The notes under the pieces are model-generated. The model made no database searches, was not told the origin of the DNA, and saw only the letters and a program-made list of their open reading frames with translations. Shown here in pieces: positions 36,984 to 48,544 of a DNA stretch of 64,000 nt. Location of the stretch: NCBI RefSeq assembly GCF_020745735.1, contig NC_083409.1, positions 15,223,873 to 15,287,872 of the forward strand. Reading direction: 5' to 3'. Both the position numbers and the translations under genes were made by a program. Numbering within the stretch: position 1 is the stretch's first letter; every line of letters starts with the position of its first letter. The DNA comes from Hemiscyllium ocellatum. Lineage: Eukaryota.

Positions 36984-37517
36984 ATGATTTCACACATCCA
37001 GCTGATCTGGCCCCTGGCATTCTGTGTCGCAGGTACAAATCTCTCTCCTTCCGCCTTGAATCTTTAGTTGCTCTCCATTTCACTCCAATTCCACTGACTT
37101 GTGATTGAAGGGAAAATGCTGAAACCAGAGGAATGCTCAGTGTCTCCAACAATCTCTCATTTGACCGGCTCTTTCTGTGACAGTTCTGACTTCACTGTGT
37201 TTCTCTCTGATCCCTCAGGTATCAGTGGGGACATCATCATGACTCAGTCTCCCCCGGTGCTGTCAGTGGGACTGGGCCAGACCGCAACACTCACCTGTAC
37301 GGCCAGTCAATCTGTTAGCAATGAGCTTTCCTGGTACCAGCAGCGAGAAGGTCAGAAACCCTCTCTCCTGATCTATGCTGCAACAAATCGATTCACAGGA
37401 GTCTCCGATCGATTCACCGGCAGTGGATCAGGGACCAGTTTCACCCTGAAAATCAGCAACGTTCAGAATGAGGATGTCGCTGACTATTACTGTATGCAGG
37501 ATTACAGCTACCCTCGA
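36984..37517 (+). CDS. IGKV: Ig kappa-type (NS4-like) V gene, cluster 2: leader exon 36984-37032, 186-bp intron, V exon 37219-37517
   Basis: Leader identical to V1, GT-AG intron, and an open V exon [38 protein letters not shown]...[11 protein letters not shown] followed by a perfect 12-RSS. Confidence 0.97.
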
Positions 37518-37545
37518 CACAGTGACACAGAGCCATACAAAAACC
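37518..37545 (+). other. 12-bp-spacer RSS of V2
   Basis: CACAGTG 37518-37524 + ACACAGAGCCAT + ACAAAAACC 37537-37545. Confidence 0.98.
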
Positions 37546-37953
37546 TCAAAGCACACAGAATCACCTCCTGTACTGACACATCCACGGTTATATAAAATGC
37601 ATAATAATGGACACACAGTCCCACCGCCTGAACTGTCATATCCCACAGTTAGATCTAAATGAAACTGATCAAATTACCCCATGCTGGGATTGTCACTGCC
37701 CACGACACACTCCAGTCCCTGTGGTGTCTCAACGCTCACTGAAGGCCTCAAGTTTCCCCCTTCCACTGCATGGCCACATGTGAAGAACAGCTGCAAGATT
37801 TAACAACAAAAAATGAAGTTCACAACCCAGAGGCAGAGACAGAAAGACACATGAATGAGGGAGAGACTGATAGGGGCAAAAAGAGGGTGAGAGTGACCGA
37901 CAGACTGGGAAATAGGGAGAGGGTGAGAGTGACAGAGGGAAGCAGAGAGCTGA

Positions 37954-37992
37954 GGTTTTTGTACAGCCTCTACACTGGGAGCTCTCACTGTG
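37954..37992 (+). other. 23-bp-spacer RSS of J2
   Basis: GGTTTTTGT 37954-37962, a 23-nt spacer, then CACTGTG 37986-37992. Confidence 0.98.
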
Positions 37993-38027
37993 GCTTACGT
38001 TCGGTAAAGGAACCAAGCTCAGACTGA
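37993..38027 (+). CDS. IGKJ: Ig kappa J segment, cluster 2 (LTFGKGTKLRL)
   Basis: G CTT ACG TTC GGT AAA GGA ACC AAG CTC AGA CTG A, followed by a GTAAGT donor at 38028. Confidence 0.96.
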
Positions 38028-38397
38028 GTAAGTAAACCTCAATCCTCCGTTATTAACCCTTTCAATACTGAAACTTTCTAAATCACAAATGCTGAATTGA
38101 TGCAGGTGTTAGTGGGGAGCTGCAGTGAATGAAATGGTTGAATGAGGAGCACTGTGTCTAACAGGGTGTCCAGCTGTATTTCTGTCGTCCTATTGCCCTG
38201 CTTAAGCAGCAAGATATAAGTCAGTAAGTTTTACTCACCGTGTGGAGGAGCTCTGTCCATTTGCAGCCTGTGGTCCCATTCCTGCAGCATGGAGTGAAAT
38301 CAGTGAGTAGCCTCCTGCCAGTCTCAGTGTGACGGACACGGGGCAGAGTTTGATGTGAGCTCTGGCTCCCTGTCCCAGTCTCTGATCTCACTGACCT

Positions 38398-38433
<36 letters not shown>
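38398..38433. repeat. (CAG)12 trinucleotide repeat in J-C intron of cluster 2
   Basis: Counted directly. Confidence 0.95.
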
Positions 38434-38435
<2 letters not shown>

Positions 38436-38489
38436 CAGTGAGACACCGAGCTCCCACCTCCCCCAGCTTTAACTCTGCTCAATCACACA

Positions 38490-41400
38490 ATCACAGAATC
38501 GTTTCAGTGCACAAGGAGGCCATTCAACTCATCCTGTCTGGACCGGCTCTCTGAATGAGCAATTCACTGAGTGTCATTCTGCTGCCTTCTCCCTGTCACC
38601 CTGCACATTGTTCCTTTTTGAATAACAGTCTCATTCCCTTCGGAATGTTTTAATTGAAGCTGCCTCCACCACACTCTCAGGCAGTGCATTCCACACCTTA
38701 ACCACCCACTGGCTGAAAATGTTTTTCCCCCATCTCACTTTCGCCTCTTTTACCAATTATTTTCAATCCATGGCCTCTCCCTCTCAATTCTTTCTCAGGT
38801 GGGAACATTTTCTCCTGGTTTACTCTGTTCAGACCCCTCCTGATTTTGAATTTCTCGATCAAATCTCCTCTCTGCCTTCTCTTCTCTGAGGAAAACAGTC
38901 CCAATGTCTTCAGTCTATCTTCATAACTCACGTTCCTCATCCTCGATGGGTCAGATAGCCCACTCCTGCTCCTATTTCTAATGTTCTTATTATCTTATCT
39001 TCCTATGTGAGAGACACACATCAGATTTCCACTTAACACTCTGTGGCTGTACCTTCCCAGTCTTATTCCCAACACTCCGTGCAGTCCCATCCTTACACAG
39101 TTACCCTGATTTAGAATTTATTACTCTCTCTCCCTCACTCTGAAACTGGGTAAGAAGTTCTATTCCTTATTCTGGTGCTATCTATCTCTCCCAGGATTCT
39201 GTGCACCTCTGTGTTCCTCTCTGGTATTCCCTCCTGGATCCCACAGGCCAAGATAGTTTAAACCCTCTCCAACAGCACGAGTAAATCACCCCAAAGGAAC
39301 TCAGTCCCAGGTCTGTTCAGGAGCAACCCGTCTGGTCTGTACATGTCCATCTCCCCCCAAAGCCAGTCCCAATGTTAAAATAATCGAAATACCTTCCTCC
39401 TGGACTGTCTTTTCAGTTCCACAGTCACCTGTGCTATCCTCCTCTTTCTATTCTCAGTTGTGTGGGGCACTGGGGGTAATCTTGGAAATTCCTACTTTTG
39501 AGCTCCTGCTGCTAATTCCCTCTGGAACTCCCTAAATTCTGACTGGAGGACCACATCCCTTTTCTCCCGCTGTCACTGGGACCGATGTGGACCATGACTG
39601 CTGCCTGTTCCCCCTCTCCCCTCAGGGTGCTCTGCAGCAGCTCAGTGACATCCTTCACCTTGGCACCAGGGAGATAACACACCATCCTGGATTCCCATCT
39701 GCAGCTGCAGAAACACCTATCGATGCCCTCACTCTCGAATCTCCTCTCACTCTCACTCTTCCAGTCTTCCTTGTGCCCCCCTATACAGCTGAGCCCCCCA
39801 TGGTGCCATGGACTTGGCTCTGGCTGCACGCCCCAGATGAACCATCATTCTGATCAGGATTCTGAACTGAATCCTGGTTGGAGAGTGAGATACACTCATG
39901 GGATTCCTGTACTAGCTGCCTGGTCCTTTTGGACTGTCTGCTGCTCCCCCATTCCCTCTCTCCCTGCATACTCTGAAGCTGCAGAGTGATCACATCTAGA
40001 AACGTGCTCTCTACGGAGCTCTCAGCCTCACGGACGCTCCTCACTGACACCAGCTGCTGCTCAAGCTCCGAAACCCGGAGTTCCAACTGCTGTCACTGAC
40101 CACACTTCCTGTGCTCATGGTATTCCAGGAAGCAGGACAAGCAGTTTCCTCATGCAACCTGATGCAACTCTCACCACTCCCTGATTATCTTTTGTCAAAG
40201 TTCTTTTGAGAAACAGCAACAGCAGGGCTCACAAACCAGTACTTTCAATGTCCATAGAATCACAGAATTCCTACAGTATGGAAACAGGCCATTTGGTCCA
40301 TCAAGTCCACGCTGACCCTCCGAACAATAACCCACCCAGACCCATTCCCCTACCTTTTTAACCTACATTTACTCCTGACTAATGTACCTAACCTGCACTA
40401 TGGGCAATTTAGCATGGCCAATTCACCGAACCTGCACAGCTTTGGACTGTGGGAGGAAACCAGAGCACCTGGAGGAAACCCACGCAGACACAGGGAGAAC
40501 ATGCAAACTCCACACAGACAGACGCCCGAGGCTAGAATCAAACCTGGGTCCATAGCGCTGTGAGGTAGCAGGGCTAACCACTAAGTGACCGTACTTCCAG
40601 TTTTCCAGGGTTTCAAGGAACCTCGACATAAACCCAAAATACTTAAGATATAGGAGCAGAATTGGGCCAGTCAGAAGAGAGTCTGCTCTGCCATTTGACC
40701 TTGTGTGATGTGTTTCTCAACCCCATTCTCCTTTTAACATTTGATCTCCTTACTGACCAAGAACCTATCTGTCTCTGTTTTAAATATTCTCAACATCTTG
40801 GCATCCATAGACCTCTGTGACAATGAGTTCCACAGATTCACCACCCTGTGGCTGAAGAAATGCCTCCTTATCTCAGTTCTGACGGATCATTCTTCACTCT
40901 GAGGCTTTGCCTTCGGGCCCGAGATTCTTCTATTCGTGGAAACACCTTCTCCATGTTCTCCAGGCCTCTCAATATTCTGTAGTTTCAATAAGATTCCCCC
41001 ATCATCTTTCTAAACTCAATTGCATACAGATCCAGAATCCTCAACCGCTCTTTATATGACACCCCCTTCATTCCCAGGATCATTCTTATTCTTTCTCACT
41101 TTTTCCTCTGGACCCTCTCCAATGACAGCACATCCTTCCTTAATAAGGAGACCAAAATTCCAAATGTGGTCTGATTACAGACTTATACAAACTCAGCAGT
41201 ACACCTCTGACGTTAAAGTTAATGCTAACACTGTAACTGCCTTTCAAACAGCCAATGGTGAACCTGCACGTTAACCTTCAGAGAAACCTGAGCAAGGACT
41301 CCCAATTCTCTTCGTGCTTCAGATTTCTGAAATCTTTCCTCACTCAGAAAACAGTCTGTGTCTCTATTCTTCCCACCAAAGTATCTAGCCTCACAAGTCC

Positions 41401-42300
41401 CCGCATTGTACTCCACCTGCCACTTCTTTGCACATTCTCTCAGCCTGACCAAGTCCTTCTGCAATCTCCCCCACTTCCTCAACTCCACTTGTCCTTTCAC
41501 CAATTTTTGTGTCATCTATAAACATATGAACAATATCTTCAGTTCCTTATCCAGATTGTTAATGGATAATATGAATAGTTGTGGTCCCAACACAGATCCC
41601 TGCAGATCGCCACAAAGCACCACCAGCCATCCAGAAAAAAATCCCTTTGTCCCTACTCTCGCCTTTGTGCCGGCCAGCCAATCCTCTACACTTCGCAGTG
41701 CCTTGCTCCTGACAGCATGGGCTCTGATTTGACTTAGCAGTCTCCTTTATTGTACCCTGTCAAAGGCCTGGTGGAAATCCAAATGGATCACATCCACTGG
41801 CTCTCCTTTGTCTAACTCACTTGTTACCTCCTCAAAGATTTCTAACAGATTTATCAGGCATGCCTCCCTTTGATGAAGCTGTGCTGACTCAGCCCAATTT
41901 TACCAGGCTGCAATTTTACCAGACTTAAGGGTGAGATTCCAAATACCTGCAATCTCACCCTTAGGTAGACCTCTAAAATCTTACCAATGACCGAGGTCAG
42001 GCTAACCAGCTTATAATGTCCCATCTCTGCCTCCCTCCTTTCTTAAACAGGGATGTTACATTCACTATTTTCCAGTCTTCTGGGACCACTCCTGACTCCA
42101 GTGATTTCTGAAAGATCACAGCCAATGGCCCTACAATTACCTTAGCTATCTCCATCAGAACTCTGGAGTGTAGTCCATCGGGTCTGAATGATTTATCCAC
42201 CTTCAGACCTTTCAGCTGCCTCAACCCCTCCACCTTAGTGATGCCCTTTCCACTCACTTCTGCTCCCAACTCTCTTGAAGGTCAGGTGTACTGGCTGATA
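38490..42300 (-). mobile_element. Stack of antisense CR1 fragments (3' end, ORF1, RT) in J-C intron 2
   Basis: MRNVSYEDRLKTLGLFS; CYLPGAKVKDV; LKVDKSFRPDGLHSRVL. Confidence 0.8.
40255..40592 (-). mobile_element. V-SINE
   Basis: Reverse-complement SINE head and V-domain. Confidence 0.88.
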
Positions 42301-42304
42301 TTCA

Positions 42305-43998
42305 AGCATCATGGTTAGCCACAGGTGAGGTGCCAGAAGACTGGAGGATAGCGAAGACTGTGCCATTGTTCAAAAAGGGCTGAAAAACAAAAGCCTGGGA
42401 ATTATAAGCTTAACATTTGTGGTGGGTAGTTGTTTGATAAGATAAGATACACATGCATTTGGAAAGAGTGGATTTGATTAGGAGTTGTCAGCATGACTTT
42501 GTGAGTGGGAGAATATGCCTCACAAATCTGTTAAGTTACTTTGATGAATTGACCAGGAAGGTTATGAGGGCAGGATGGTAGACGTGGTCTATATGGGTTT
42601 CAGTGAGGCCTTTGATAAGGTTCCACATGGCAGGCTGTTATGGAAGGTTAGATTGCATGGAATCCAAGGTGACCTGGCAAATTGAATACACGATTGGCTT
42701 GATGGTAGAAAGCACAGGGTAATAGGGGAAGTATCCTTATTGTACTGGAGGCCTGTGACTAGTGGAGTGCCTCAGTGGTCAGTGCTGAGCCCATTGCTGT
42801 TTGTTATCTATAACAATGTTTTGGATGAGAATGTACAAGGCATGGTTAGTGAGTTTGCTGATGACACTCAAATAATTTATGGGCGGCACGGTGGCACAGT
42901 GGTTAGCACTGCTGCCTCACAGCGCCTGTAGACCCGGTTCAATTCCCGACTCAGGCGACTGACTGTGTGGAGTTTGCACGTTCCCCGTGTCTGCGTGGGT
43001 TTCCACCGGGTGCTCCGGTTTCCTCCACAATCCAAAGATGTGCGGGTCAGGTGAATTGGCCAAGCTAAATTGCCCGTAGTGTTAGGTAAGGGGTAAATGT
43101 AGGGGTATGTGGGTTGCGCTTCGGCGGGTCGGTGTGGACTTGTTGGGCCGAAGGGCCTGTTTCCACACTGTAAGTCTAATCTAAGCAGCATCGTGGACAG
43201 TGCGGACAGTTATCAGAAATTGCAGCAGGACCTTGCTCAGCTGGGGAAGTGGGCCGAGAAATGACAAATAGAGTTTAATACAGATAAATGTGAGGTCTTG
43301 TATTTTGGAAATTTAAAGCAAGGTAGGAGTTTCATGGTGAATGATAGGGACCTTAAGGAATATAGTGGAACAGAGGGTCCTTAGAATTCAGATAAGCAGT
43401 TCTCTGAAAATGGAGTCACAGTAAATAGAGCAGAGAAGAGAGCTTCATCAGTCAGGGCATTGACTACAGATGTTGGGAAGTTATGTTGCAGTTATACAGG
43501 ACACTGGTGAAGCCACACTTGGAATATTGTGTTCAGTTTTGGTCACCTTGTTCCAGGAAGGATGTTATTAAACTGGAAAGAGTGCAGAAGAAATTTGCCA
43601 GGATTCAATCGTTTGGGTTAAAGGGAGAGTACTTTTTTCTTTAGAGTGTAGGAGACTGAGGGAGGACCTCATAAGATTATGAGAGGCATGGATAGGGTGA
43701 ATTCACTCGTTCTTTTCCCCAAGGTTTGTGAATATGAGCTAGAGCGCATCAGTTTAAGGTTAGAGGGGAAAGAAAAAAAGGGAACCTGAGGGGCAACCTT
43801 TTTACACATAGGATTGTTCGCATATGGAATGAGCTGCCAGTGGAAGTGGTTGAGGTGGGTACATTAATAACATTTAAAAGGCATTTGGACAAATACAGCA
43901 AAGGAAAGGATTCAGAAGGATATGGGCCAAGTGTAGGATTAGCGTAAATGGACCAGTTTGGTCCAAATGGCCTGTCTCCATGCTGTAGGACTCTGTGA
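42305..43998 (+). mobile_element. CR1 RT/3' fragment nested in the antisense CR1, specific to cluster 2
   Basis: WRPVTSGVPQWSVLSPLLF, SEFADDT motifs and a CR1 tail. Absent at the equivalent position of cluster 1 (~2970). Confidence 0.85.
42881..43184 (+). mobile_element. Young V-SINE nested in CR1 RT
   Basis: CpG-rich and nearly identical to 56014-56303. Confidence 0.92.
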
Positions 43999-44001
43999 CA
44001 T

Positions 44002-44616
44002 TGTTATGGACCAGGCCAGACCCTTCAAAACATTTTAAGAATGCAGCCCAGACCTTACCTTTTCGAATTGTGTTCAGCAAATGTAACCTGGATATTCCAG
44101 GAATGATACAACTGGCCAAACCACTCAGCTTGAAGGAAAAGAGTATTTATTTACAATCAAAAGAAAACAGAATTTAGAATAACTTAACTATTTGAAAACC
44201 CAACTATTTGAAAAAATGTAACTTGACAAAGAGTTGTTCCAATTTGCTGTAATAGCCTTGGCAAAAAGGTAAATATAAACACAGGGGTTCTTACAGGAGA
44301 GGAATTTCAGAAAGTGAGTCCACTGGAAAATGTTGAATTGGGGAACCTTTCTCACCAGCAGCTTTCTTTATCCAGGAGCTTCCAACCGACTGTTTGTCAA
44401 AAACAGCAAACTGGAAGAACTGGCCATTCTCCTTTTATTGGACAAGTGTTTAATATAAAACCTAAAAGCCTTTTCCCTGACTGTTGCCTTAGGCAGTATC
44501 TGTTAGCCATGAGCAAAGTCCCTAACCCAGACAAATTGGAACCTCTGCCTTTACAACCCCTCTTGAAAAAAAATCCAAGGACAACTCAAACTTGTGAAAT
44601 GAGCAGCATTGCCACA
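44002..44616. mobile_element. Possible solo LTR
   Basis: About 615 bp, bounded by TGT...ACA, with no ORF and AATAAA-like signals on the minus strand. No TSD was found. Confidence 0.35.
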
Positions 44617-45900
44617 CTACTGTGAAAGCTGATTTAAGGCACCGATGCAGTTTTTCCACCATTTCTTTGTTCCCCATTACTACTTCTGCCTTTTCCAGTG
44701 GTACAATTTCTATTATTGACTCCCTCTTGCCTTTCATATATCTAAAGAAAACCTCTTGCAATATTCTTTTATGTTACTAACTCGCTGACCATTATATTTT
44801 ATTTACACACCCACCCTTACTTTTTTTTAGTTACTCTCTGCTGTTTATTAAAGGCTTCCCAATCCTCCGGCTTCCCAATAATCTTCACCACATTGCCTGT
44901 TTTTTCTTTTGCTTTTATGCTGACCCTGACTTCCCTCATCAGCCATGGTTGCCTTGGCCTCCACTCAGTACCTTTCTTCTTCCTTGGGTTAACTTCCTGC
45001 TCTGCCTCCCAAATTACCCCCAGAAACTCCTGCCATTGCTGCTCCATTCTCTCTTATGCTCAGCTTCCTTTCTTACCAACTCTGGCCAGCTCCTCCCTCA
45101 TGTCTTTGTAGTTACCTTAAGTTAATTGCATTACCGGTACAACTGACTCCAGATTCCCTGTCACAAACTGCAGGGTGAATTCTGTCATATTACGGTCAAT
45201 ACCCCCAAGGGATTCCTTCACCCTAAGTTCCCTAATCAGGTCTGCTTCAGTACACATCACCCAATCCAGAATTGCCTGTTCCATAGTGATCTCTACCACA
45301 AGCTGCTCTAAAAACCATGTTGTAAACATTCCATTAATTCCTACCCATGAGATCCCCAAACAATTTAATTTTCCAGTCTCCCTGCATATTGAAGTCCCTC
45401 ATGACTATTGTAGCAGGGCCTTCTCTATCTCCTGATTTATTTTCTTCCTCATATCCTGACTGCTGCTGGGGGGTCCTGTGCTAAGTTCTCATCATGCTCT
45501 TTCTCCCTTGCAACTCCTCAACTCTACCCACACAGATTAAATGCATTCCAACTCTAAATCCCTTCTTGTGATTGATCTCATTTCATTTCTTACCAAGAAG
45601 GTAACCCCACCCCCATCTGCCCATCAGCATGTCCTGTCAATCGGATGTGCATCCTTGAGTATTTCATTCCCAGCCCTCAACCCCTTACAGCCAGGTCTCT
45701 GTGATACTCAAAACATCGTACCTGCCAATTCCAATCTGTGTTACAAGCTCATTTACCTCATTTCGGATACGCCCTGCATTCAGGTACAACACCCTCAGTC
45801 CTGCACTGACTGTCCTCCTTTTCATAGTTGTCCCCTTATGCACTGTGCCTAAAATTAATTTTCTGACCCTTTCCATAATCTATGTCCTATTAATTGTTTT
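44617..45900 (-). mobile_element. Antisense CR1 ORF2 endonuclease half in J-C intron 2
   Basis: AGLRVLYLNAGRIRNEVNEL...YDVLSITETWL; homologous to 1440-2950. Confidence 0.85.
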
Positions 45901-48215
45901 GGGAACTTTACTAACCTCTCCTGAACCCTGCGTCACTTTAATGATTTTAAAGTCCTTGGGAACCTCAATTTGTGGCATCACTCTGTCTACCTTATTCCGA
46001 ATGCGCTATCATAAAAAGATTTTAGGTTATTTCTACTGTCTGTATTGCCTTGTTACAATATGACATTCACAAATTCTGATCCTTCCTTTTATTTTCTGGT
46101 AACAATCAAACCCATCACTAACCACGACTCCCACCTTCGCCTGTGCCTTTCATTTTCTCACGTTTTGTGCAACTGAACCCATTTGCTTTCTCTTTGGGTT
46201 GACTTCAGGTCAATATTTATCCCTGAAATATCACTGAACATGCTTCATAATCTCATTTATTTTTGTGCGATATTGCTGTGTGCAAATTGTGTTTTCTGCA
46301 TTACAACACTAACCAGTGTCCAGACAAGTCCCTGACTCTCTGTAAATGCTTTGGGAGAGCCTGACATACAAGTCTCTCTTTTGATGCACTGGGAACCTTT
46401 CAGATATCAGAGATGCCATTCCGTGGCTCTCCTAGACAGACAGCAGGACGGTGTCTCCTGGTGTCCTGGTCAATATTGATTCCCTAATTAGCATCACTAA
46501 AAATCTGATCCTCGCCTCATTGTCACCCAGCTCTCTGGGATCTTGCTGAGCACAGTCTGATGGAAAGAGCCACTGCAACATCCTTAGGTGGAGGCAGGTG
46601 CAACATAAATGCAAGTCTTTCTTTGAGGTTGGAGTCTCCAGAACATGACCCTTGCCCGTTGGATGCACGCTTCCATCTTCCAGGGAACATGGGATCATTA
46701 AGAGCAGTGTCACTGTCTGATCCCAGGACACTGAGACTCTTTGCACCCTCACATTTGACCTTACCCCAGTGCTGAGCTGGAAGACTTGAAACAAAATCTG
46801 GAACCTTCTACATGGACACCCAACGTGACTCCTTCCTGAAGTGTGCTGATCCAACTCTGCTCCAATGTTGTTGGATAAAGTTCTCCCGAGCTGTGAGTGA
46901 TCGGAGGTTTGTTAAAGAGGTGTCGAACTCCACCCCACATACCAGCTCTTGCTCCATAGCTCTGGAGGCTTTGGTGTTTCAAGTGAATATCCAGGTGTTT
47001 TTTTCAATGTGATGAGGGTTTCTGCCGCTCTCACCCTTTCAGCTAGTGAGGTCCTGACCCCACCAGCCACTGGGTGAAACAATTACTCCTCAACTCCCCT
47101 CGAACCCTGCCCCCAATTCATTTCCATCTCTCTCCATGGTTATTGCCCTCTGTGCTGATGGAAATCAGTTCTTCCTACCCACTCTATCCAGACCCCTCAT
47201 CATTTTACACACCATCGATCAACTCTCCCCTCAGCCTCCTGTGTTCCAAAGAAACCAGTCCCAGCCAAACCAATCATTCCTCAAAGCTAATACTCCTCAT
47301 TCCTGACAAAATCCTCCACTGTCCCCATCTCTCGGGGGATCACATCCTTCCTGCAATATGGTGACCAGAACTGCACACAGTTCTCTCATTGTGCTCTAAC
47401 GGGGCTTCATTTGAGGTCAGAAGTCACACGACACCAAGTTATAGTCCAACAGACTAATTTCAAATCACAAGCTTTCAGAGCTCTGTTCCTTCAGCACTGA
47501 AGTCACTTCACCTGAAGATGGAGCAGCGTCTCACAAGCTCGTGATTTTAAATAAACCTGTTGGACTGGAACCTGGTGTCATGTGACTCCTGAACATGTCC
47601 ACCCCAGTTGGACACCAGAGCCTCCACATCATATCGATAGTTTCACATCTTTGCCGAGACTCTCTCTTTGGGAGTGTCACTCTTACTCTTTTGGGAAAAG
47701 ATTCTGAATGATCTCTGTGCCTGTCTCATCCTTGGAGACCTCCCACTGCCCTGTCACTGATCTCCCATCAAGGCGATGGTTCCAGTGCTCTTTTATCAAA
47801 TTACCACACAGTTTGGTAAAATGGATTGTTCCCAAATCAAAACTTTTACACTTGCTCCACGGTTCTCCATTTCCATCCCTATTCTCAATCTCACTGAGTT
47901 CCGATCACTGTCACTAAAATGCTCCCACATTGATAGCCCTTCCAGCTGCCCACATTCATTCCTCAAATGGTGGTCACGGACTGTCCCTTATCTTTCTGCT
48001 GCGTCACCATCACCTTCTCAGAGACAGTTAGGGATGGGCAGCGACTGGCTCTGCCAGTGCCATACACGTCCTAAAAAGCAATGTTTAAAATGCCAGTGCT
48101 TTGTCAGGTCTGCTAGGTACTGGGTACAAATGTTCAAACGTTTTAGCAGTTAATGTTCAGAGAGTCTATGTACCTTCAAAAGGCAGGGATTAAAATTGTT
48201 TCTCTTGTCTTTCAG

Positions 48216-48544
48216 TCCGTGACAACTCTCAGCCCAAGCTGACCCTGCTGCCCCCCTCCCCGGAGCAGGTCAATGCCAAGGGCACTGCCACCCTGGTATG
48301 CCTTGCCAATCACTTCTATCCCGATGAGCTGGAGGTGCAGTGGAAGAAGGACGGTGCAGTCATTTCGGACGGGGTTCAGACCAGCAACTACCTGCGAGCT
48401 TCGGACAGCACCTACAGTGTCAGCAGCCTGCTGACCCTCTCTGGGTCTGACTGGGAGTCCAACGCTCACTTCTCCTGTGCCCTCACCCATGTGACACTCC
48501 CCTCTCCCCTCAGCAAGAGCATCAGGAGATCAGAATGTGTGTAG
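48216..48544 (+). CDS. IGKC: Ig kappa constant-region exon, cluster 2
   Basis: Pyrimidine tract plus AG acceptor at 48214-48215, in phase with J2. Reads RDNSQPKLTLLPPSPEQVNAKGTATLVCLANHFYPDELEVQWKKDG...YSVSSLLTL...FSCALTHVTLPSPLSKSIRRSECV-stop: a C1-set Ig domain with a terminal Cys for the H-L bond. Confidence 0.96.

Larger units (their letters stand above)
31010..46370 (+). repeat. Right arm of head-to-head inverted segmental duplication (cluster 2 unit)
   Basis: Same collinear blocks as the left arm, interrupted by arm-specific TE insertions. Confidence 0.9.

Noticed and set aside
37546-37953. D segment or germline-joined VJ
   Set aside because: No additional RSS lies between V and J, and both clusters are split with intact RSSs.
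42881-42960. tRNA gene
   Set aside because: The tRNA-like A/B boxes are V-SINE heads continuing into the SINE body, and the same holds for the other copies.
42881-43184. Distinct SINE subfamily defined by small deletions
   Set aside because: The differences from 56014-56303 are mostly 1-2 bp losses in homopolymers, which could be long-read consensus errors.
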